Position numbers and translations under genes: made by a program. The notes beneath the pieces are model-generated. The model saw only the letters and a list, made by a program, of their open reading frames with translations, was not told the DNA's origin and searched no databases. Of a DNA stretch of 24,533 nucleotides, positions 7,078-18,597 are shown one piece after another. Numbering within the stretch: the stretch's first letter is position 1; each line of letters starts with the position of its first letter. The stretch comes from Acidobacteriota bacterium (GTDB lineage Bacteria > Acidobacteriota > Vicinamibacteria > Vicinamibacterales > JACQTH01). The stretch spans positions 1 to 24,533 of the forward strand of contig JACQTH010000583.1 of assembly GCA_016210935.1 (NCBI GenBank), read 5' to 3'.

Positions 7078-8850
7078 ATGATGGTTCGACGTTCCTGGCT
7101 GCCTCTGGCGGCCGCGTTCAGCTTCTTCGTCGCCGCGTGCGGCGCCCCCCTCACTTCAAGGCCTCCGGCCGTCCACCCGACGCCGGTGGCGCCGCCGCCA
7201 GTCGTTGAGCATCCCGTTCAGCCGCCGCCACCACCCCCGGACGCAACGGACATCCTGATCGCTGAATCCCAAAAGCATTTTGAGGCGGGTGAGCGGGAGC
7301 TGAAGCTGGGTCATCTCGAGCGCGCTCGCGCGGAATTCGATCGCGCCATAGAAATGCTTCTCGAATCGCCTCGCGGGGCCCGGTCCGAGCCCCGCCTGCG
7401 TGAGCACTTCGACCGCCTCGTCGACCGAATCAGCGCGTTCGAGCTGATGGCGCTTGCAAAGGGAGATGGGTTTACGGAAAAGCCCTCGGAGCCAGCCTCA
7501 ATCGACGAGCTGCTGGCGATGGCGACCTTCGTTCAGGAAGCCGCCCCCGCCGGGCTGAAGCAGGCCGTCCAGTCGGACCTGCAGAGCACGGTCCATGACA
7601 TCCCGATTCCGCTGAACCGCCGGGTCCTCGCGTACATCGATCTGTTCAAAGGCCGGCTGAAGGAGTTCCTCCAGGAAGGGTTGGAGCGCGGCAGTCAGTA
7701 TCTGCCGATGATCCAGAACGTCTTCCGGGCCGAGGGGCTCCCGCTGGACCTCGCGTATGTGCCGCTCATTGAGAGCGCGTTCAAGCCGAATGCGTTGTCG
7801 AGGGCCAAGGCGCGGGGCGTCTGGCAGTTCATGCGCGGCACCGCCCTCGAGCATGGGCTCAAGGCGGATTGGTACGTCGATGAGCGCTCGGATCCCGAAA
7901 AGGCGACGCGCGCGGCCGCCAGCTATCTGAAGACCCTCCACAAGATTTTCAAGGGCGATTGGCACCTCGCGCTGGCGTCCTACAATGGAGGTCCGGGCCG
8001 CGTCGAGCGCGCGATGAAGCGCGCGCGGCGGACCGATTTCTGGGAACTGGCGCGGAAGGTGGGCTTCCTGCCGAAGGAAACACGCGAATACGTGCCGATG
8101 ATCCTGGCGGCGATCGTGGTGGCGCGCAATCCGATCCAGTACGGACTGACGTTCAACACATTGCCGCCGCTCGAATACGACCGTGTCCGGGTGGCGAGCG
8201 CGATCGATCTGCGGCGGATCGCCGAGTGGATCCAGGTGCCCGTCGATGCGCTTCAGGCCCTCAACCCTGAGCTCAGGCGCTTGACCACACCGCTGACAAC
8301 GCCACAACGAAATCCTGAGGGCTGGGAGCTCAAAGTCCCGGAAGGATCGGGGAGTGTTGTGGAAGCGAAGCTCGGTGAGCTTCCGACTCCCCTCCCAAAC
8401 AATCTCCAGTGGCACACGGTCCGAAGGGGTGAATCCCTTGCGACCATTGCCAACAAGCGGGGAGTCAAGCGGGCCGATCTGGCGGAAGCGAACTACTTGC
8501 CGCCGAGGTCACGTGTCTCGCCGGGACAGAAGCTCGTGATTCCCCGCGAGCCTGGCGTCCTGCTGGCCGCGCAGGTGGATCGTCCCGCGCCGGTCGCCGA
8601 GTCGCGAGATGTCGCCCCCGCCGAGATTCTCCTCGCCCAGACACCCGGCGCCGAGCAGTCCGGCCGCGTGAAGCTTCAATATCGAGTCAAACGCGGTGAC
8701 ACGCTATCGTCGATTGCGAAGCTGTATCGGACGACGGTGGCGTCGTTGAGGTCGTGGAACAAGCTCCGGAGCAGCCGCATCATCGCGGGTGATGTCCTGA
8801 CGATCTTTGCGTCGGGCCCTGTCGCCCGCGCGGCCGCCAGCAGTTTCTAG
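7078..8850 (+). CDS. mltD: MltD-like lytic transglycosylase (SLT domain plus two LysM domains), predicted lipoprotein
   Basis: Signal ending FFVAAC, Pro-rich linker, catalytic IESAF, GVWQFM, LALASYNGGPGRV, ETREYVP, LysM HTVRRGESLATIA and YRVKRGDTLSSIA. Start chosen at ATG 7078 after GGAG; the track starts at TTG 7063. Confidence 0.88.
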   Translation: MMVRRSWLPLAAAFSFFVAACGAPLTSRPPAVHPTPVAPPPVVEHPVQPPPPPPDATDILIAESQKHFEAGERELKLGHLERARAEFDRAIEMLLESPRGARSEPRLREHFDRLVDRISAFELMALAKGDGFTEKPSEPASIDELLAMATFVQEAAPAGLKQAVQSDLQSTVHDIPIPLNRRVLAYIDLFKGRLKEFLQEGLERGSQYLPMIQNVFRAEGLPLDLAYVPLIESAFKPNALSRAKARGVWQFMRGTALEHGLKADWYVDERSDPEKATRAAASYLKTLHKIFKGDWHLALASYNGGPGRVERAMKRARRTDFWELARKVGFLPKETREYVPMILAAIVVARNPIQYGLTFNTLPPLEYDRVRVASAIDLRRIAEWIQVPVDALQALNPELRRLTTPLTTPQRNPEGWELKVPEGSGSVVEAKLGELPTPLPNNLQWHTVRRGESLATIANKRGVKRADLAEANYLPPRSRVSPGQKLVIPREPGVLLAAQVDRPAPVAESRDVAPAEILLAQTPGAEQSGRVKLQYRVKRGDTLSSIAKLYRTTVASLRSWNKLRSSRIIAGDVLTIFASGPVARAAASSF

Positions 8851-8889
8851 CGAAGCGCCGCCTCAAACCGACCAGCTCCGCTTCGCTAG
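8847..8889 (+). repeat. 43-nt CTAG-bounded hairpin element, copy A
   Basis: CTAGCGAAGCG-CCGCCTCAAACCGACCAGCTC-CGCTTCGCTAG, with an 11-bp terminal inverted repeat. Its first TAG is the mltD stop codon. Confidence 0.85.
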
Positions 8890-9028
8890 TAGCACTTTTT
8901 GCAACCCTCGCCGTCCCGGATCGTTGCAATTTTTGCAATCTCGGGGCGGCGTGTACCCCACGACCCTATACCGTTCAGCAACTTAGCGTCTCCCCACGCT
9001 GGTCCGCCCCTTTGCAACAGCGAGGAAG

Positions 9029-10543
9029 GTGCTCGCCACGCTTTGCAGCGCGACGGTTGTCGGCGTCGAAGCGCTTTTCGTTCAAGTTGAAGTCGACGTT
9101 TCCTTCGGACTGCCGGCCTTTGCCGTGGTCGGCCTGCCCGACGCCAGCGTCCGCGAGAGTCGGGATCGCGTCAGGTCCGCGATTCGAAACTCCGGGTTCG
9201 ACTTCCCCCAGCACAAAGTCACCATCAACCTCGCGCCGGCCGACGTGCGCAAGGCGGGCTCCTCCTTCGACCTGCCGATCGCGGTCGGGATTCTGGCCGC
9301 CTCCGGTCTCCTCCGGCAACGACATGTGAGCGACCTCGTGCTGGTGGGCGAGCTGTCGCTCGACGGGTCGATTCTCCCCAGTCGCGGCATCCTGCCGATC
9401 GCGATTGCCACACGGCGCGAACATCGGGGGGGATTGCTCCTCCCCGCCGCGAATGTTGCCGAAGCGAAGGTGGTCGGGGACCTCGCGGTCACTCCGGTGC
9501 GATCGCTCGCGGAAGCGGTCAACGCGGTCAACGATCCCGCGTCCGTGCCCATAGAAGTCAACATCGTCCCGTCGGTACGACAGGCATCCACCGATGGTCT
9601 CGATCTTGCCGACGTTCGTGGCCAGTTGCTCGCGCGACGGGCGCTCGAGGTTGCGGCGGCGGGCGGCCACAATCTTCTCCTGGTCGGCCCACCGGGATCG
9701 GGCAAGACCATGATGGCGCGCCGCCTGCCGGGCGTCCTGCCGCCGCTGTCCTTCGATGAAGCGCTGGAGGTGACGGCGGTCCATTCAGTTTCCGGCATCC
9801 TTCAGCCCGGCGCAGGCCTCGTGGCGGATCGCCCGTTCCGCGCCCCGCATCACACGATTTCGGAAGCCGCGCTCGTGGGCGGCGGCTCGAACCCGCGGCC
9901 GGGTGAAATCAGCCTCGCCCATCAAGGCGTGTTGTTCCTGGACGAATTCGCGGAGTTCAGCCGCCGCGCCTTGGAGGTGCTGCGCCAGCCGCTCGAAGAA
10001 GGCAACGTGACGGTCAGCCGGGCGCTTCGATCAGTCGTCTTTCCCGCCCGCTTCATGCTCGTTGCGGCGATGAACCCCTGCCCTTGTGGGCTTCTGGGCG
10101 ACGAGGTTCGGGTGTGCCGGTGCACGGCCGATCAGATCCGCCGGTATCAAGGCCGCATCTCTGGTCCGCTGCGGGATCGAATCGATCTGGTCATCCGCGT
10201 GCCGCCGGCGCCTGTGACGACGGATGCGCTCGCCGCATCCGGCGAAGCGTCCAGCGCGGTCCGCACGCGCGTGCTCGGGGCGCGCGAGCGACAAGCGGCC
10301 CGAGCCGATGCCGCCGGGATTCGGGTCAACGCGGGTCTGCAGGGGCGAGCCGTCTGGCGCCACTGCGCTCCGGATCGACACGGCCGGCGCCTGCTGGATG
10401 AAGCCGTCAGGCGGATGGGGCTCAGCGCCCGTGCGCTTGATCGCGTGTTGAAGGTGGCGCGCACGATCGCGGATCTCGAGGGCTCGGACGCCGTGTCAGG
10501 CCCGCATGTCGCGGAGGCGCTGCAGTATCGAACGGACCTGTGA
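9029..10543 (+). CDS. comM: ComM/YifB-family AAA+ ATPase (Mg-chelatase-like)
   Basis: Lon-like N-terminus (VGLPDASVRESRDRVRSAI, TINLAPAD, FDLPIA), Walker A GPPGSGKT, RAPHHTIS, GEISLAHQGVLFLDE, NPCPCG, SGPLRDRID. SD GAGGAAG directly before GTG. Confidence 0.93.
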   Translation: MLATLCSATVVGVEALFVQVEVDVSFGLPAFAVVGLPDASVRESRDRVRSAIRNSGFDFPQHKVTINLAPADVRKAGSSFDLPIAVGILAASGLLRQRHVSDLVLVGELSLDGSILPSRGILPIAIATRREHRGGLLLPAANVAEAKVVGDLAVTPVRSLAEAVNAVNDPASVPIEVNIVPSVRQASTDGLDLADVRGQLLARRALEVAAAGGHNLLLVGPPGSGKTMMARRLPGVLPPLSFDEALEVTAVHSVSGILQPGAGLVADRPFRAPHHTISEAALVGGGSNPRPGEISLAHQGVLFLDEFAEFSRRALEVLRQPLEEGNVTVSRALRSVVFPARFMLVAAMNPCPCGLLGDEVRVCRCTADQIRRYQGRISGPLRDRIDLVIRVPPAPVTTDALAASGEASSAVRTRVLGARERQAARADAAGIRVNAGLQGRAVWRHCAPDRHGRRLLDEAVRRMGLSARALDRVLKVARTIADLEGSDAVSGPHVAEALQYRTDL

Positions 10544-10683
10544 CCAACGAAGAACAGCTTTTCCTGAAGGTCGATCCCGTCGCAAAGCGACTCGTGCCAG
10601 AGGTCATCATCGGTCGGCCCGTCTGAACGGCCTCCTCGCTCGCGCCTACCCAGTCAGTTGCCCTAATCTGGCCCAGGTTGGGC

Positions 10684-10712
10684 TTCCGCACATGAGCCCT
10701 TTGTGCTAAGGT
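10684..10712 (+). promoter_or_regulatory. Putative sigma70-type promoter of the M23 peptidase gene
   Basis: TTCCGC-N17-TAAGGT with extended -10 TGc. Confidence 0.4.
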
Positions 10713-10779
10713 GTGATCCCTCGTCTCGACGGTTCCTCGTCTAGCCGTGTAGCGGGGCTATTGAATAAAGCTTCGTGAT

Positions 10780-10822
10780 CTAGGGAAGCGGAGCTGGTCG
10801 GTTTGAGGCGCCGCTTCGCTAG
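10780..10822 (-). repeat. 43-nt CTAG-bounded hairpin element, copy B (inverted relative to copy A)
   Basis: Reverse complement CTAGCGAAGCGGCGCCTCAAACCGACCAGCTCCGCTTCCCTAG matches 8847-8889 at 41/43 positions. Confidence 0.85.
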
Positions 10823-10885
10823 AGCCCGGATCCTGCTTCGACGTCCAAAGGACAGGCGAGTCCGTCCGCTCGTGCTAGCTGACTG

Positions 10886-11824
10886 ATGGCTGAACGATCG
10901 CCCGAACCGCTTCTCTCGCGGCGCTACACCTTCATCTGGGTGAGCCATCGTACCGGCAAGGGGCGGCAGGTTTCCGTCACAGCCCGCACGCTGCTCTACA
11001 GCCTTTTCGCTCTCATTTTTGCGATCCCGGTGCTGATGACGTTCGCCGTCCGGTCGGCTGCGCGACACGAAATCGCCGAGCTCCGGCGCACGACCCAGGC
11101 ACTGGAAGTCGAGAACGCGAGCCACCGCGCCGCCACGGCGGAGCTGACGACCCAGATCGAATCGCTTCAGACGCTGACGAGCGATCTCGGCACGCGTGTC
11201 GAGACGACGGCCGACATCACCGCGCTGGACCGTCTCGAGAATCTCAGCCGGGTGCAGGCGGCGGGCGGCCCGGGGCTCCTCCGCGCCAGCGCGTCGAGCC
11301 GACTGTCCTCGGCGCTGCGATCCCCCGAAGACACCTTCGGGGTGATTCGCGATCTGCTTGGGGTGCTCGAAGCGCGACTGCGTCATTTCCAGGGCGACGT
11401 CGAGCGCCGGGAAGCGATGCTGGCCTCGACGCCTTCGATCTGGCCGGCGTACGGCTGGCTGTCCGGCGGGTTCGGCCGCCGGCGCGATCCGTTCACCGGT
11501 GGTGTCGATTTCCATCAGGGACTCGACATCTCAACCGACAAAGGCAAGCCGGTGTATGCCACGGCCGACGGCCTCGTGGAGACGGCGGCGTACAGCGGCG
11601 CGTACGGCAATCTCGTCGCCGTCAATCACGGTTTTGGCGTCGTCACGCGCTACGGTCACTTGTCGAGATTTGCGGTTCGGTCCGGCCAGCCCGTGCGTCG
11701 CGGCAGCGTGGTCGGCTATGTCGGGTCGACCGGCCGCGCCACCGGTACACATCTGCATTACGAAGTGCTTCTCAACGGACGCTTCCTCAATCCACTCCAG
11801 CTTCTGACCGAACCGCGCCGCTAG
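10886..11824 (+). CDS. M23-family metalloendopeptidase with N-terminal membrane anchor and coiled coil
   Basis: [22 protein letters not shown], coiled-coil segment, [39 protein letters not shown]. Confidence 0.92.
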   Translation: MAERSPEPLLSRRYTFIWVSHRTGKGRQVSVTARTLLYSLFALIFAIPVLMTFAVRSAARHEIAELRRTTQALEVENASHRAATAELTTQIESLQTLTSDLGTRVETTADITALDRLENLSRVQAAGGPGLLRASASSRLSSALRSPEDTFGVIRDLLGVLEARLRHFQGDVERREAMLASTPSIWPAYGWLSGGFGRRRDPFTGGVDFHQGLDISTDKGKPVYATADGLVETAAYSGAYGNLVAVNHGFGVVTRYGHLSRFAVRSGQPVRRGSVVGYVGSTGRATGTHLHYEVLLNGRFLNPLQLLTEPRR

Positions 11825-11904
11825 CCGTGCCTGCACGGCTCCAACGCGTACAAAGCCGTCACATCCTCCGTGCAAGCCCGGCTTAAGCGCGGCCGCGCAA
11901 ACTC

Positions 11905-11958
11905 GTAACGAAGCTTCGGGTGTGTGTTCCTGGTGGGTTCGAGGCGAAGCTTCGTTAC
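11905..11958. repeat. Perfect 14-bp inverted repeat with 26-nt spacer upstream of secA
   Basis: GTAACGAAGCTTCG (11905-11918) and CGAAGCTTCGTTAC (11945-11958). Confidence 0.75.
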
Positions 11959-11967
11959 AAGGCGGCA

Positions 11968-11976
11968 TGGTAGAAT
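11968..11976 (+). promoter_or_regulatory. Putative extended -10 promoter of secA
   Basis: TGgTAGAAT, 56 nt upstream of ATG 12033; no clear -35. Confidence 0.4.
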
Positions 11977-12032
11977 CGTTCGATAACCTCGTCCTCAAAA
12001 GCCACGAGGGACGAGGGGTTCTCTCCGAACTG

Positions 12033-16536
<4,504 letters not shown>

Positions 16537-16539
16537 AAG

Positions 16540-16566
16540 ATGGCTTCCGCCTTCAGGCGGAAGATC
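16540..16566 (+). repeat. REP-like hairpin, copy between convergent guaB and tsaE
   Basis: ATGG-CTTCCGCC-TTCA-GGCGGAAG-ATC. The loop contains the tsaE stop codon. Confidence 0.8.
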
Positions 16567-16978
16567 CGGGTTGAATCGTGATGCGCCGTGTATCGCCGCC
16601 GAGATCCTCGATCTTCACCATGACGGCCTTCCCCGGCGGACGCAGGAGCTTCTCCGCCCATTCGATCGCCACGATGGAGTGCGGACCTGCCAGCTCCTGG
16701 AGCCCCAGATCCTCCGCTTCGTCGGAGGTGATCCTGTACAAATCCGCATGGTGAAGTGTCGTCCGGCCGCGGTACTCCTGAATGAGCGTAAAGGTCGGGC
16801 TCGACACTTGATCGGAATCGAGGCCCAGACCTTCGGCCAGTCCGCGAACGAACGCGGTCTTCCCTGCCCCAAGCTCTCCCAGCAACAGCACCGTTGTCCC
16901 GGGTTCCAGCGCTGACGCCAGCTGGCGGGCGACGGCGGCCGTCTGCGCTTCCGAGCGTGTGACGATGTCGTTCCACAC
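16553..16978 (-). CDS. tsaE: tRNA t6A biosynthesis ATPase TsaE (YjeE)
   Basis: GELGAGKTAFVRG, VSSPTFTL, HADLYR, IEWAEK. Follows nnr as in the conserved yjeF-yjeE pair. Start GTG 16978 preferred; GTG 17002 is possible. Confidence 0.93.
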   Translation of the reverse strand: MWNDIVTRSEAQTAAVARQLASALEPGTTVLLLGELGAGKTAFVRGLAEGLGLDSDQVSSPTFTLIQEYRGRTTLHHADLYRITSDEAEDLGLQELAGPHSIVAIEWAEKLLRPPGKAVMVKIEDLGGDTRRITIQPGSSA

Positions 16979-16988
16979 CGCGCGCGCT

Positions 16989-18557
16989 TCAGCCTTCGAC
17001 ACGCTTGCGTGCGGTGACTTCGAGGAGCGCGTCGCCCAGGTAGTCGAGCAGATCCCCGGCGGTCATCGCCACTTCTCCCAGATCCGCGTCCGCCAAGTCG
17101 CCGGCGGCGCCATGGAGAAACACGGCGATCTTGCAGGCGGCCTCCGCGTCCAGCAGCTGCCCGAACCACGCGGCGATCATGCCGGTCAGCACATCGCCCG
17201 TGCCGCCGGTCGCCATCCCGGGGTTGCCGGTTGGATTGATGAACACCTCGCCTTTGGGCGTAGCGATAATGGTGCGATGTCCCTTCAGGATCACGTACAG
17301 GCGATGATGCGAGGCGAAATCGCGGGCGATCTGAACGCGATTCCCCTGCACTTCTTCGGTCGTGATCCCGAGCAGACGCGCCATCTCGCCGGGATGCGGC
17401 GTCAGGATGACCGCCATTCCCTCCCGGGCCGACAGGGGATCCGGCTCGCCGGCAAACGCGTTCACGGCGTCCGCGTCCAGGACGATTGGCGATCCTGTCT
17501 GCGCCAGCAGCTCGCGAACGAACGCGCGCGTTTCGGGATCCGACCCGAGGCCCGGCCCGATCGCCACCACGTCCTGCGGAAGCTCCAGCACGCGCTGGAG
17601 GGCCGGCGCCGCAATGCCACCAGTCTCGGTTTCTTCCAGCCCCTCTGTCATGTATTCGGCCGCCAGGGTCGCGATGGTCGACTGGCAGCTTCGCGGCGCG
17701 GCGACTGTCACGAGCCCTGCTCCGGACCTGAGCGCGCCCATTGCGGCCAGATGCGCCGCGCCGGTCTTTCCGCGACTGCCCGCGACCACCAGGACATGGC
17801 CGAAATCGCCCTTATGGGCGTCGGCCGCCCGGGGCGTGATGAGCCTGCGGATGTCCTCGCGCGTCAGCAGCTCGATTCGATCGCCTTCGACGTTGTTCAA
17901 GACTTCGTTCGGGATGCCAATATCCGCAATCACCAGACGCCCGGCGTACGCCTGGCCCGGGGGCAGGACCAGAGGAAGCTTGGCGGCGCCGAGCGTGACG
18001 GTCATGGTGGCCTCGATGCAGTCCCCGATCAGCTCGTTCGTATCCGCCGACAATCCGCTCGGCAGATCGATCGAGACGATCGGGATGCCCAGCGAATTGA
18101 GGTCCGCCACGACGGTGCCCAGCAGGCCCTGAAGCGGCGTCTTGAGGCCGGTCCCAAAGAGCGCGTCGACGATCACGTGACAGCCGCCGATCTCCGATGA
18201 GTGAAGCTCCCACTCCTGCTCGTTGGTGATCTCGACGACCGACAGAGAGAGCCGTCCGAGCACTTCGAGGTTCGTGCGGGCGGCGCCCTTGACCCCGGCG
18301 ATCTCCCCGATGACGAAGACCCCGACTTCGACGCCGCGCTGGTGCAGCGTGCGGGCGACCACGCAGCCGTCGCCGCCGTTGTTGCCGCGGCCGCAGATGA
18401 TGGCGACCCGGTGATCGGCGAGGTTCTCGAAGCGGGCCTCCATCGCCGCGACCACCTGGCGTCCGGCGTTTTCCATCAGCACGAGGGCCGGGATGCCGAT
18501 CTCGTCGATCGTCCGCCGATCGGCCTCGCGCATCTGGCTCGCGTTCAGGACTCGCAT
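16989..18557 (-). CDS. nnr: Bifunctional NAD(P)H-hydrate epimerase/dehydratase (YjeF_N plus carbohydrate-kinase domain)
   Basis: LMENAG, GRGNNGGDG, DALFGTG, DLPSG, HKGDFG, GPGLG, LDADA, TPHPGEMARL, GMATGGTGDVLTG. Confidence 0.95.
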   Translation of the reverse strand: MRVLNASQMREADRRTIDEIGIPALVLMENAGRQVVAAMEARFENLADHRVAIICGRGNNGGDGCVVARTLHQRGVEVGVFVIGEIAGVKGAARTNLEVLGRLSLSVVEITNEQEWELHSSEIGGCHVIVDALFGTGLKTPLQGLLGTVVADLNSLGIPIVSIDLPSGLSADTNELIGDCIEATMTVTLGAAKLPLVLPPGQAYAGRLVIADIGIPNEVLNNVEGDRIELLTREDIRRLITPRAADAHKGDFGHVLVVAGSRGKTGAAHLAAMGALRSGAGLVTVAAPRSCQSTIATLAAEYMTEGLEETETGGIAAPALQRVLELPQDVVAIGPGLGSDPETRAFVRELLAQTGSPIVLDADAVNAFAGEPDPLSAREGMAVILTPHPGEMARLLGITTEEVQGNRVQIARDFASHHRLYVILKGHRTIIATPKGEVFINPTGNPGMATGGTGDVLTGMIAAWFGQLLDAEAACKIAVFLHGAAGDLADADLGEVAMTAGDLLDYLGDALLEVTARKRVEG

Positions 18558-18597
18558 GGCGTTCGCTCAAACCAAGCTGAAGCTTGGGTCCCACGAC

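Noticed and set aside
8999-9017. Sigma54-like CTGG...TTGCA before comM, and TGGCAC...TTGCA at 6770-6788
   Set aside because: GG-to-GC spacing is 11 and 13 nt, whereas sigma54 requires 10.
10570-10765. CGCAAAGC and TAGCGGGG fragments reminiscent of a c-di-GMP-I riboswitch
   Set aside because: The fragments are ~170 nt apart, GGCAAAC and the GNRA/receptor stem are missing, and the predicted promoter lies between them. An Infernal search against Rfam would settle it.
11922-12032. N-terminal extensions of secA (from 11922) and guaB (from 14734) in the ORF track
   Set aside because: The secA extension spans a promoter-like motif and an inverted repeat. The guaB extension overlaps the secA 3' end and a terminator-like hairpin. 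SD-supported downstream ATGs match the family N-termini.
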